A DNA stretch of 64,000 bases, taken from assembly GCA_036172245.1 (NCBI GenBank), contig JAYWIR010000003.1, positions 6,200,001 through 6,264,000 of the forward strand. The letters are read 5' to 3'. Positions within the stretch are counted from its first letter, which is position 1. Each line of letters opens with the position of its first letter. Of the stretch, positions 25,650-37,760 are shown piece by piece. Made by a program: the position numbers and the translations under genes. This DNA comes from Raillietiella orientalis. Taxonomy: Eukaryota. Below the pieces are notes generated by a model. The model worked only from the letters and a program-made list of their open reading frames with translations. It ran no database searches and had not been told where the DNA came from.

Positions 25650-26850
25650 TGCACCCTCTGTTGGCGTGGACAGTGTCAAAGAGCTTTGGGATCCCTCCCA
25701 AGGAGACGAGCGGCTCTTCAACACTTGGCGAACCACAAAAAAGAAAAACCCCTTCTGCATAACGCAGCTCTCCCTGAGGATCCACACATTCCTTCCCCAC
25801 ACACTCCTCATAGCAGCCAGCTGAAGACATGCTCGTCGGTCGCTCTTTCGGTAACCCCAGCAATCATGCAGCAGGGAATCTTCAGCAGGAATCCGCACTG
25901 CACGCTGCCGCCTCCATGCTGCTGCTCTCGCGAGTTCATCTTCTCCGCTCCTCGTCAATCCTGCTTTGGGATCGAGACCACCACTTTTGGAAGCGGACAT
26001 GGCGTCTCCTGGAAGCTCTTCTTCCTCAGTGCTCCTTCTCAACTTTCGTTCCGGAAGACGGAAAGCCACCAGATTCATCGGAACGGGGATGAGCATGTAC
26101 TGCCGCGACTCTTACGGCGTCTCCTCACTCCTCCCACTCTGATCTCACTCCTCGCAGACGCGACGCTGAGAGCTTCCGGCCTGCCGAAGACACCCTCTCG
26201 CGGAGCTCTCGGAGACAAGGAAGCGGAAGCAGCAGCGACTGCCCCGCTGCCGCGCCACTGGTCCAGAAGTCCTTTCGTCCCACTCTTTTCAGAGGAATCG
26301 CTGCGCACCGCCTTCTTCGTTTCCTCCAGACTCAGCATCTTCCCGCCTCTGTCCTTATCAGGTCCATTCGCCGCCTCCGAACGGATCGGCCGTTCGGGTG
26401 CGCCTCTCTCCCGGAAAGAGGAACATCCCGCTTCTTTTGGCTCTGGACGCCAAAGCGTGCCGTGGTCAAGTCTTCAGGCCCCGACGTGGATTCATTAGTC
26501 CGCCTTCGGGGTCATTCGGTAGCTCCAGGAGAAGGGGAGGGAAGCCTGCATTTGATGCACCTCCTTTCGAGTCCTCCAAACTGGCAATCTCTTTGGGCGC
26601 ATTTCTTGCATTGGATGAGCGGGGATTCCGGAACCACGCGAACGAACCTGCAGTGGTAAGGAAGGGTGCCGGCTGATCCGCTCCAGAATGCACCCCGGTC
26701 GCTCCAGACAGCAGTCACGCTTACCTCAGCGCTCGCAACGGAAGAGAAAGAGGGAATTTTCAATCTGCCCGCGGCCTTCCAAGACCCGTGCAGTAGACTC
26801 CCCACCCTCCCGAAGTTGCCGAGACTCTCACCTGCGCCAGATGCCTTTTG
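25650..26850 (-). mobile_element. Possible decayed LINE ORF1/gag-like fragment with zinc knuckles
   Basis: PLIQCKKC..RDC..RRCIKC near 26620-26545. Downstream IPAEDSLLHD resembles LPSEDWLLHD near 21745-21715. Confidence 0.33.
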
Positions 26851-28384
26851 ATCCCTTTGGGGGAGGGAGGGAGGAAGTGACTTAAAGACTTTCAGCTGCG
26901 GCAGATCAGCGGATGTAGTTACCTGGTTACCAGCACTCGTATAGCTACTGCTGCTACCGTCGCTACCATCATTGCTATTCGTACCGACACTGTGGTCACC
27001 CTCGGTTGGCTCTGGATGCCGAAGCGTGCCGAGGTATCATTATTACCACTGCTATTATACTGGCCATAAGTGCTGATCTGATCCTTCTGGGAAGAAAGGG
27101 CTCACTGAGACGGAAAAGGGCACTTATAGATCCCTTGGTAACTGTTGCACACCTTCCCGGAGGAGTTGGAGCTCCCCGTTGTGGAGACTGGACGCGAGAT
27201 CAAAGCTAAAAGAGATCGGTTCCTGCTTCTGTCCTTTGCCGAGCGACAGCGCGAAGATGAAGAGAGCATCTCTGCAGCTTCCTGGGGATCTGCAGCACCT
27301 CGCCAATCCTCCTACCTTCAAGAGCGCAAGGGGGACTCCCTCGCAGACCTTCCGGGCCTTCCTGCCCGCTCCCGCAGCCAAGAAGGCTCTTTCTCAGGGA
27401 CCCAAAAAGCGCGGCAGCCCGTCCGCTTCCCAAATGATCTCCCTGGGAGGAAGGAGGGGCAGAAGAAACCGAAATAGGGAGAAACATGTAGGTCTCATCC
27501 TCTTTATTCTCTCTCTGCTTTCCCTTTTTTTCATCTAGCCTGTCTGTCCTGGAAAGGAGGCGACCCGCAGGCGCACAGGCGTCTCCTAGGTAGCGCTCCC
27601 TTCTCCGCCTCGTCCTCCAGAGGTGGAAGGAAGGGGCCTGCTCGGCCGAAAAGCCACTGAGACCCTTCCTGGAGACCTCTGAAGCACCTTTCCGGAATGC
27701 AGCACCGCATCTTCCAAGAGGGAGGATTCTCCCCTGTCCTACCCTTGTTGCCAGAAGGGGAACCGTCCACCTTTGCGGGACCCTTCCCTGAAAAGGGCAT
27801 GCACCATCCCCTTTTTCCCTTCTCCGGAAGAGAACTGGAAATACACTCTGGGATGCCAGCCGAGGGAAGGCAAAGAGAATGGGGACCTACCAGGACGGAA
27901 TGGATGAGGGTAGGCCCACCTTGCGGGCCTATTCCATGCGCCGGCACAAAGAGTTGGACGGAAATCTCCCTCCTCTACCTCCTACCAGTTGCTGCGGGAA
28001 CAAGAGGACCCTTGAGGTAGTTCCATCGTGCGGGGGCAGTCTGGACCGCCCAGGAGGATCTCTGCCGATGCTCCAAACACTAAAAGAAGGGGAACGGAGG
28101 GGAGGGAGGAAAAAGAGGGAGGACAGTCCCTTGGTAAGACCTCTCCACCTTTCTCCCTCGCTCGTGAGGAATCCCCCTGACAATGCTGCGGCAAGATGGA
28201 CGGACAGACGTCTGTTCCCGCAGCCGCTTCAGCTCTTCTTCCTGGCGTTCCGTGCACGCGGGGGCACAGCGGAGGGAGCTGTGGGAGGAGGAGTCACGCT
28301 CGGTCACGACGGTCGCCGGCAGCGAAGGTGATGACTCCTGCCGGCGCCTCCTCCGGTCAGGGTTCAAGGAGCGCGCAGGACGAG

Positions 28385-28418
28385 CATAAAAGGGGCACAC
28401 CGCGTAGCATCCGCAGTG
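28385..28418 (+). promoter_or_regulatory. Putative core promoter of gene A (TATA-like plus initiator)
   Basis: CATAAAA at 28385-28391 and an arthropod Inr-like GCAGT whose A (28415) lies 30 nt downstream; the ATG follows 30 nt later. Confidence 0.5.
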
Positions 28419-28444
28419 CGTCTTCAGCGCCAGGAAAGGAACAC

Positions 28445-28552
28445 ATGTCAGCGCCAGGACACGCCCCGCCAGTGCGCCCCACGACCAGGAGGGTGGCCGC
28501 TGTGGTGGCCACGCTGCTGGCCTGCGCCCTCGGCGCTCCGGAACACTCGCCG
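28445..28552 (+). CDS. Gene A exon 1, secreted chitin-binding type-2 (CBM14) protein; signal peptide region
   Basis: ATG at 28445 gives MSAPGHAPPVRPTTRRVAAVVATLLACALGAPEHSP (36 codons, hydrophobic core). Donor CCG|GTGAGC at 28553, phase 0. Confidence 0.8.
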
Positions 28553-28622
28553 GTGAGCCACGGATACTGGGCGGCCCATCGATCTCCCCGATCCCCCAAT
28601 GACCTTCCTCCCCTCCTTCCAG

Positions 28623-28781
28623 GCTAGCAAGAGGCAGGCCATTTTGGAGGACGGGCTCCGCGACGGAATTCTGGACCAGGAAACTCAGCCTCCTGCTCTC
28701 GCATCTGTGCCGCGGGGACTTCGCTTCACTTGCAAGGAGAAGCTGCCAGGATACTACGCGGACGTGGAGACCCGTTGCCAG
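28623..28781 (+). CDS. Gene A exon 2, N-terminal half of CBM14 domain
   Basis: Pyrimidine tract plus AG at 28621-28622. Translates ASKRQAIL...FTCKEKLPGYYADVETRCQ. Donor CAG|GTGCGT at 28782, phase 0. Confidence 0.92.
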
Positions 28782-29331
28782 GTGCGTGGCTCGCAGCCTC
28801 GTAGATCAGGGAGTTCCGACGGGAGGAAGGATGCTTCCTGGTACTTCCGTCCTCCCTTCCCCCAGCGCGCACGCGCTCCTGGACGTTCCATAGAGTCTTC
28901 CCAGGAGCCGCTCTCGCGTCCCGCTGCTTCCGGAAGTAGAGAAGAGGGATATGACGCGATAAAGTCAGTTTCATACAGCTCCTCTTCTCCTGTTTCTGCT
29001 TATGGAGGAGAAGCACGGCAGTTCTGTCCCCGTTTCTCTCCTAGGAGTCCTGCGATCAGGCAGCCGGATTCGCCTCCGTGAGCGACGGACCTCACCGTCT
29101 TCGCTCATCTCATCTTGTGCCCTCCCTTTCTCCCTTCGGTTTCTGGAGACTTGAGGGAGGGGGGAGGAAGCCGATCTTCTCAGTACAAGGGGAACTGCCT
29201 CGGACCCCGTTCGCAGCGGAGGGCGTCCGCAGAAACTTGTAGCGGTCCTTCTTCCTCCTCGTCCAACGATCCCTCTCTTTGCCTCTCCTCCTCCTTTCTT
29301 TCTCCTCCTCTTCCTCTTCTTGGTCTTTCAG

Positions 29332-29511
29332 GTATGGCACTGGTGCGCCCTGGATGGCTTCCAGTTCAGCTTCCTGTGCCCCAACGGCACCGTCTTCAAC
29401 CAGGAACTGCGCATCTGCGACTGGTGGCTCCTAGTACCCTGCGGGCAGGCCGAAAACTTCTACGGGATCAACAGGGACCTCTACCGGGACCTTGAAGGCA
29501 ACGCCATCTGA
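29332..29511 (+). CDS. Gene A exon 3, C-terminal half of CBM14 domain (spliced product 148 aa)
   Basis: Long pyrimidine tract ending TTTCAG. Translates VWHWCALDGFQFSFLCPNGTVFNQELRICDWWLLVPC...NAI*, completing the six-Cys CBM14 pattern with the typical FLCPNGTVFNQ motif. Confidence 0.93.
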   Translation, partial: VWHWCALDGFQFSFLCPNGTVFNQELRICDWWLLVPCGQAENFYGINRDLYRDLEGNAI

Positions 29512-29635
29512 TGCAGGACGTTGCCGCCACTCCTTCACTGCTCCCTCGCCCACCAATACCGGTCCTCCCTGCTGGAGAAAGCCTTCCTGCGAGTCTCCCC
29601 CCGTGGTCGAGGTGTTCGGGGAACGGGACCACTGG

Positions 29636-29641
29636 AATAAA
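29636..29641 (+). promoter_or_regulatory. Putative polyadenylation signal of gene A
   Basis: AATAAA about 125 nt after the stop codon. Confidence 0.45.
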
Positions 29642-32600
29642 CGGGAGCACTTCATCTCTGCCTGTCCGGGAATGGGGAAAAGAGCTGAGAGACAGGCGGG
29701 CTACCACGGAACCACTCCGTCCGAAAGGGACGGAAGAGAGATGAAGGGATGGGGATGGAGCAAACGACGGCGTTCCAATTCTTCCTTGATCCAGTAGAAT
29801 GGGAGGCCGCTCTAGAAGAGGACAGTCGTCGACTCCCGGGATACTTAGGTAGAAGAAGTGGATGTGGAGATATGTGGGGAGGCTTCCCTCATCCGACCCC
29901 GGTGTTCAGTGGAAAGCGCTGCCCTCAGGAGGGGAGGAGTTCTTTCCTCCCCTCCTGAGGGTAGCGCTTCCCAGAGAGGCTCCAGGAGAGTCCCCGAGAC
30001 GGCGTCCCAGAAACAGACGACGTTCCCCGAGGAAGAGAGGGTGGATCGTCCGGGAATCCCTTGGGAGGAGCTTCCAGGAGGCGTTAGCGCCGGTTGCTCC
30101 CGGAGCTCACTTAGCAGACCTCCAGCTTTTCTTCTCTCTATGGAGCCAGCTTAGCCCGAGAAGGGACCATCCACCACATCCCGAAAAGTGGGGTAGGAGA
30201 CCCTCTGAGCCCTCGGGTGCGATCCCTCCGGAGAGCAGCTTCGGGGCTGGACTCGAAGGGAGTTCACCTCCCTGAGGAAACGGAGGAGCCCTCTGGGGAT
30301 GGGTCGGGATCGAGCCCACAGCGTTTGCTCCTTCCGGAAGGTGTCATGCAGCAGCAGCAAACAGAGGGACGACCCGAACCCCATCGGCTGGATGAGAAGG
30401 GCGTCCCCACCCGGAGGATGAGATCCCGTCCCGGGAGGACGTGCTCACGTCCCGAGCGGCTCCTACCAACCCTGAGAGTTCTCAGATGCCTGAAAGTTTC
30501 CAGGCTCCGAACTCCTTCCGGGGAGGACGCTTCTGGGGCCATTGGCCGAGTCTCCGAGAAGAGCCCGCGTGGGTTCGAGAAAGGCAAAGAGTCTCCCACC
30601 ACTGCTCCTCGTGGACCTGTTCCAAGGAAGGATCGGCCCAGATTTCCTTCTTCCTCCCAGAAAAAGCCTTTCACCTCTCGGCTGGGAAGAAGACGGTGGG
30701 CAAAGGGGGGAAGGATAGACGGTTTGTCCTGTCTCCGCCTAAGGGGACCGCGAACCAAGAGCCTTCCTTCGGTCTCGATTCCACCGCACCCCACCTTCAT
30801 TCTGGACTCCGGCGAACCCACTGTCTCCCGGAGGCTCCGTCCGATGGACCCTTCCGTGGCTCCTTCCCGAGGTGGGCAGCCGCCCTCCTTCCCACTGAAC
30901 TTACGGAACTTTTCACCCAGCTTTCCCTCCTCGCCACTCTCGATGGACCCTTCCAGGTCAGCCGACGTACTAAGGTGGGCGGGGCGAAGAATCCTTTGGA
31001 CGCTCATCTCCGGGCTCGCGGATCTCTTGGAGGCGACTCCTCTCCAGGTTGCCTCTCCGCACCCTGGACGCAGCATCTTCCTGAGGAGGTGGAAGCTGGA
31101 GGAGGACGAAATTCCCCAGGCTGAGGGGGCACATGCCGAGTGGAGCAGCTGTGGCGACAGTCCCTGAGCGTTCCGGTTTCCAACGTAAACAAAGAACGCC
31201 CTCCGTTACCGAAAAAACGAGAGAGAAGGGCGTTGCTCACGACTGGAAAGTCCCCCGACCTCATCGTGGGAACCCACTTGGTCCACCCTTTGTACCCACA
31301 TCGCTGTGCGCTTCCCCCTTAGGCACCAAGGGGGCGAGTAAGAGGGTTGAGGGGAAGGGGAGCCTCGCAGGATGGAGTATAGGGCCAAGACGAGGTCCCA
31401 ATTGGACGGCGCTGAGGCACGAGGCAGTCCATCCGACGACCCTTTAAGTTGGAGGGGATGGGTTCAAAGGGGCAACCCTGGACCCTCGAGCCCCGAGGTC
31501 TACCCCTTCCAGAGCTCCTGGAAGAGGTAGACCGTCTCCTCCCATGCGCGTTTCTTGCTTGCCACCAGGCTCCATCCTCAGGGATTGTTCGTCCGCCGTG
31601 GTGGCGGGCAGCCTGAAGGTTCGGGAGGAGGGGGGGGGGGGAAGGGAAGGGTTACGACTAAGTACCCTGCTCCTAGAGTGCGGCCGGCTCCACGGACGTC
31701 TTAATAGTCCTCCATGCACGTCTGCTGCGGGAATCCCGAGGGCCGGACCAAGCTTCCAGGTCCCTCTCTTCCGGGTTTCCAGGAAGTGCGACAGCACCAG
31801 TTATGCCTCTCGGTTAGCGGTAGACCGTATCTGGAAACGCGTAGGAAGCTCCTGGGGCCTATCCGGAGAATCCTGGGAATGATGGGGAATGAAGAGTCGC
31901 CATGAGGACCACGGGACAGGATCACGGGCGAACCTGATCACGTGAACCTGACCAGGTGGAAGGCAAGCAACTGGTCGTAAAAGAAGCATAAGGATCCCGT
32001 CAACGGGAGGATGCAGACACGGGAGCATCCCTGGCCAGACACGCGCAGGGCAAAACGCCTCTCCTCGAAGACGGGATTCTGGAAGTGGACTCGCGGGCTC
32101 ATCCCGAAGACCTTAAAAAAAAGGTTCAGCTACCCACGAGCCAGATCCGGCCGCTCTGCCGAAGTTCATGCAGGGAGGCGTGAGGAGGTGTCGGTCTCGG
32201 TTTCCAGGACGACCTGGAAAATCGAGGTGTTTGCTGAACTCAGAGAAACCGGAAAATCCCGTGCGTCTGACCGTGGGAGGGCACGACGACCGACCACAGA
32301 GCCACCATAAATCACGCAAGAAGGAGCACCGCCCTCTTCCTCAGAGACGAGAAAGGAGCGGCTGGCAAGGAGGAGGCACCTCGAGTGGCGCGGGAAAGGT
32401 TCGCTTTTCCGACAGGATCTCTTCCCGGAGGCGAGGGCAAGACGGAGCTCTCCAGATGGATCACTTGAGCTATTCCTCCCTTCCTTCTCCCATAATGGGA
32501 AGCAGAAGGGATGAGCGCTGCCAGAGCACCGGAAGCCAAGGACTCCCCGGCACGCATCCAGATTGCCTTCCCGACGGTTCTCCGTCCAGGTAGCCTCGGC

Positions 32601-35039
32601 TCCGATTCTCTCTCGCGAGAAAGTCCCCCCTCCTCTTCCCGGCTCTGCAAGCTTCGCCGTCGCATCACCGTCGTTCGCGCCGGTGATGGTACCGCGCCCC
32701 AATACCAGGAGACGGCATTACCCGGGAACGAACTCCTTGCCCAGAAGGTACCTCGGGCCGAGCTCCGCGTGCCGAGGTGCGTCCGTGGTCTTTTGATGAT
32801 CGGCCGCTCCGGTGGCTGGAGCTCGGCTGCGAGTCGCCAGAGACACCAGATCCCTGTGGCGAGAGCAGTTCCCCCGCTCGCCCGTTGACGTCCTCGGACT
32901 TTCGTCTCCCCGTCGCAGCGTGCCCTCTTCCGCCTTTCTCTGGCTCTTGTTTTCCCCTCCCCTTTCCATCCCTCCTGTCATGCTCCCTCCCTCCCCGACA
33001 TCTTTCGCGCCGGGGATCCAAGAGCGCTGCCGCGGAGGCTGCGCCGACTTCACCTTTCCGCAGCCGCAGAGCGGTTCCGCGATCCCTGCGCCCTCCCCAG
33101 CGGGCGTGAATTTACGCTCCTCCTCACATAGCAACACGGAAGATGCTCTTCGCCGTGCCGCCGGTGTCCCGGCGAGTGGACGAACTGCGTATTCTCTTGC
33201 GCACGGACATATGACTCCTTGCAGAGGGTCACGTCTTGCGTATCTGCGTTGCTTCCAGTCTACTCTGATCCTCTCCTCCCCCTCCCACCAAGGGAAATTG
33301 CACTCTTCTCATCCTCAGGTGCCACTTTCCGACGCTCACTCTTTCATCACGAAAGATTGCCATCATCAGATTGCACGTTTCCATCAGCGGTCGGATGCCT
33401 CCCAGCTTCCGCAAGCAAAAAAGAGAAAGATCATCTCAGCGTCGCCTACGGAAGATGAGAGGCGCCTCGAGCGGAGCTCGGAGCGGTAGCTGGTGGCTAC
33501 GAATCTCGGAAGAGAAGTTGCCCTGTTGGACCCGGAGGAAAAATTGGAGGCGAGAACGAAAGCAGGAACCGGCAGAGCCTGGACCTTCACGTGAAGGAGA
33601 GATCCGTGAAGGCTGATGGCGCTCGGGTTTTTCCGCTTGCCAGACGTCAAGGGCAGAGTGCACGGTGACGCGTGCTCGTGGGAGAATCGGCGGATTTCCG
33701 CGGAGGGGTGGGAGATCCCTCTCGCCCTTGCCATCCCCGCCTACGAGCAGATGTCGAGGGAAACCTGTCCGTCGGATGCCACTTCCGGGAACGAAGAAGC
33801 GTCCCCACGAGAGAATTCCTCCTCGGTTGCTTTCCTACCAAGCGGATGAGCGCATGTATGCTTGGGGGCGTCGGAAGCAAGCAAGGACTCTATCCGTGGA
33901 ATGGAACGGCCATGGAGAGGATGTGATGCACCGGTAGAATTCCTTGGTTTGCTGCCATCTGAGGGGAGAGGCAGGAGAACGCGGCCCGTTTCCTTCTTGA
34001 GTGGAGCTTCAGCCTGACGGGAGGTCCAGAGAAAATGCGCCCTACCCGGGCAGATAAGAAATCAAAGAAGTTCCGTCCGAAGTTGCGCTTCCTCAGCAGA
34101 AAGTCTGACAGATTCACAGGGCGTTGACGAAGTGGCACTGGTTTCCATCCGCAGCCACGTCTGTTCGTCCGGCTGATGTGCAAAACTTACGGCTCTGCTC
34201 TTCGGTGGGGACGGAAGTTTCCAACATCCGAGCAACTAGATGGTCCGCGTCGAGATCTCGCTCCCTAGGAAGCTGCGACGCCCCTTCCCGTTTAAAGGGG
34301 CACCCATTTGTTCGGGCACTGCGCGGCGAGGATAGTTCCAAGCTTCAGCAAAAGAGGGGGCATTACGGAAAAGATTTGCTTCTCGAGGCGCTGATCTTGT
34401 TTTGGAGCTCCCACTGACCCGTTGGTCCTGCTTCACATGATAGTTAGAAGTGCCTTTCAGTAGGAAAGACGGAACGTAGGTTTCCTCTCCATCTGACCAC
34501 ACAACAAGGTATTTTTCCCCTTGCCTTTTGCAAAGGAAAAGATGAATGCTGCAGCAGATGGCGTGGCTGCTTGGGTGTCACACCTGAAAGGCATCTGACC
34601 CGAGCGAGACTGTTGTGGCACCAGCAGATACTATATGTCTTCGTGCTATATGTGCACTGCGTGGGCAGGAAAACTCATCCTTCAGGAGAGTGGCACATCC
34701 GGAGAAATTTCCAGGACTCCTGATGGGAGGAAGAATAAAATCGATAGAATTTTCTTGGATCGGAAATGCTAGAACTTTCTGAAAAGACAGTGAGACGTTG
34801 GGAGCATTTTTCAAAGCCTGGGAAAAGGAACGCGAAAAGAGCCGAAAGACAGCTTTTGCAACATCGAAAAAGACGAAGAAAAAGACGTGTTCAGGTAAAT
34901 GTTGAATAGAGAATCTTCTTCCATCAACACTTCTCGAGAAAAAGCAACTAAAAAAAAAAAAAAAAAAAAAAAATAGCTGGACTGTTCTAAGAGAAATTCC
35001 AAGAGAAAAGGAAGTGAGCCATCTCAGATGTGAATCGGC

Positions 35040-35920
35040 TAGTAGAAGTATTCTCTAGTATTAGCTATTGGTTTGGTCATTGGTGGATGGGCAGAGCTTG
35101 AAGAATATGCTTTCATCAATCTCAGCGTCCGACGACCAAGGCGAGAGTTTCGGGATAGTGAGTAAGGGTGTGGAGAAAAGAGATCAAATGAAAATTACGG
35201 TAGAATTGCCTCCATAATTGTATGAGAAAGGAGCTCAAAGCGATCCCTCTGTTTCCACAGATCTTGCAATGAATCGACCCACGTTCTTACGAAGGAGAAT
35301 GCCACAAGGGATAAAAAAAAAAAAAAGAAAAAAAAGAAATACCAGAGAACTTCAACGAGCAGAGTTTTCGAGTTTTACGGAGCTTTCAAGGCACTTACTT
35401 CTCGTGCATGCGCACATGGAGCAGCAGCTTGACGTGAGGAACACACACCTTCAGCATATCGGCGGTCAAAGGTACCAATTCCATTCTGGTACCGTCGCGC
35501 CAGCCATGGGTGATGAGACGTAGAAGGGTTCTGAAAACTTCCGAGCAGTTTTGAAGTTCTCATCCTTTGTGGGTGTCAATCCTCTCGCGATGTTTAGCAG
35601 TTCCCTTGGAAACGGGATGCTGGAGTGATTTTGACATGAACCCACGGGATTCCCTGCTCCAGGAGCTTGCCAAGGTTCCTTGGATCCCTAAGCGGCGCTC
35701 GGTTTCCATCAAGGGGGAACCAAGCACTGCTTGGAGCAAGAGAAAGCACGGAGGCGGAGTACCATCTTGCGAGCATCCTCACGCAGCGACGCAGAGTTAC
35801 TGATTTTGATTTCCCCTTGGCGCAACCGCCATCGGTTCCGTACAAAGGGGAATCATTCACTCAAAAACGACTGCATCCCGCAGAGCCGGTGCTTCAAAAT
35901 CCCATTTACTCCTCTGCGAT
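35040..35920 (+). mobile_element. Decayed Ty1/copia RT/RNase H fragment
   Basis: Ordered motifs across frames: LAMNRP (~LA..TRPD), GCWSDFD (~GYSDAD), KRRSVS (~DRRSTS), WSKRK, STEAEY and NPIYSS (~NPVFH). Confidence 0.5.
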
Positions 35921-37449
35921 TTTTATTTTTAAGGACTTTTTTTTTTTTTTTTAATGCTCAAAATGCAAATTTTTCTTTCTGAGAAAAGTAGGCATGGGAA
36001 CCACATTGACGAGGAATAAGGACTGCATCCTCAGCTGCTAGCACAAGTGAATCGTTCCTCGACCGCCGAATCGATCGACGCATTCTCATCGACTCTTTTG
36101 AAGAGATGAAAACTTCTATGGGAGGTTTCTTATGTGCAAGAAAAACGATCATTGCGCTCCAGAAGGCTGTGGGGTGTGCACCCCACGGCCTTCTGGAGCC
36201 TCGAATGCAAAAGCTGCACATTGAAAGCTGAATGATGCTGTAGCATGAAGATGAGCAAGCGGAATCCCCTTCAAACTGCATCACAATGAACGCTCATAAT
36301 GTCTGTGGTAATCCGTTCTAAGAAGAATGCCCCGAGCGATGTTTTCTCCTGTATTCTCAATAGAGATTCTCGGTCTCATTGCTTGTGCGCAACGCGTATT
36401 CCATCCATCATAGAGTACAAGCACGAGCTCTCAACGATTCAAAACAAAAGCAGCACATCTTTAGTTGTCAGGACGCAACCCTATCTCAAAAGCACACCTT
36501 TCTTTGAAGACACTGCCAGGATGAGACACTCCAACTTCCTGAAGGCACTAAGTGATCGCACGCTACGCTGGAAGACAGCAAACCCGTCAAGGGTGTGGTC
36601 TTCCGTGAAATTGCACTGTTGATGGATGTACGTCTTGATTTGATAGCTTAAGAGGAGCGATTCAGAAGGAAGTGCTCGTGAAGTTTGTGCCAAGAAGTGT
36701 GAGCTCCCACGTTCTCATAGGTTTCGCTGTTTACACTGATAGGCAATTCCGGAGCAGATCATCAGCATAATCTTTATTGTCCTCATGAGCTTGTTGCTAG
36801 GCAATGTGCCAGCCGTTCGGCGGTGCTAGCCTCATGGGGTTCGTCACGATGGGCGTGCCAGCTTGCTCAGCAGCAACTCGGACGCCGCGGTGCATCTTCC
36901 ACAATCTTCTTAATCGTGTGCTTGGGTGGCTGGGATTCGGCAGAGACACGAAGTGCCCTCGCTTTCCGTCTGCCGGATTTCCAGCTTCCGTCGGGCACGC
37001 TTTACCTTCCTCACTGAGTAGCGCAGACGTCTAGCAGAGCAGGGACGAAAAAAAGCAAAGGCAGGCAAACGCAACTCTTCCACCGATGTGTGCTGAAATT
37101 CGACCCAGGTCCGTGTCATTGAGAAGCTGCTGCTCCCCGAAAAGCGGTCATCGATCGGCACGCGTGCAAGAATGTCGAAACAGATCTGCCGAAACGGATC
37201 CAAAGCACAGCCGAATGGGCTCTTCCCCTCGAGTGAAGCACGGAAACACAGAAATCTCCGGTGGTTGCCACGACACGAAATGGACGATGCTGGAGCGCAG
37301 GGGTTCGAGAACATCACGGTATGTTTTCGGCAAGATCGGTGGGTCCGCTGAGACGAGTTGGCTGGGAAACCAGGCGGAGGAGCCGAATTGCAAAATTCGA
37401 AGGACCACCAGGAGGCGGAAAGAGTTCTTTCGTGATGTTTCTTTGAAAT

Positions 37450-37760
37450 CATTCGAATGCCTGGAAGAACAGGAGAATCGTCGCATATTAACAGAGCTAT
37501 AGCATGAGCGTGTGATGACTCCACCCTTGTCCAATGGGCATTTTCCAGCTCAAGGTAGCTGGATGCCAACGCGGTTTTGCCATCATAGATCAAATGAGCT
37601 GTGACGACCACCTGTGGAAGCTCCACGCGTGAAGTATGGAAGCTCTCCCGAGATGAGGAAGTGGACGAATAGATCTGATTGGTGCTTTCCGTTACTTTTG
37701 TTCCAGGCGGAGTTTGCGGAAGGCACCACCAACGCACCGGGAAATTTCCCGTGGAATCAC
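37450..37760 (-). mobile_element. Decayed Ty3/gypsy RT fragment
   Basis: LPQV..DGK..SSYLELENAHW resembles LP.I..G..FSKLDL.NAYWQ. Confidence 0.4.

Noticed and set aside
30217..31167. Overlapping 227-316 aa ORFs on both strands
   Set aside because: Arg/Pro/Ser-rich composition typical of GC-rich non-coding or decayed repeat DNA, with no domain or splice support.
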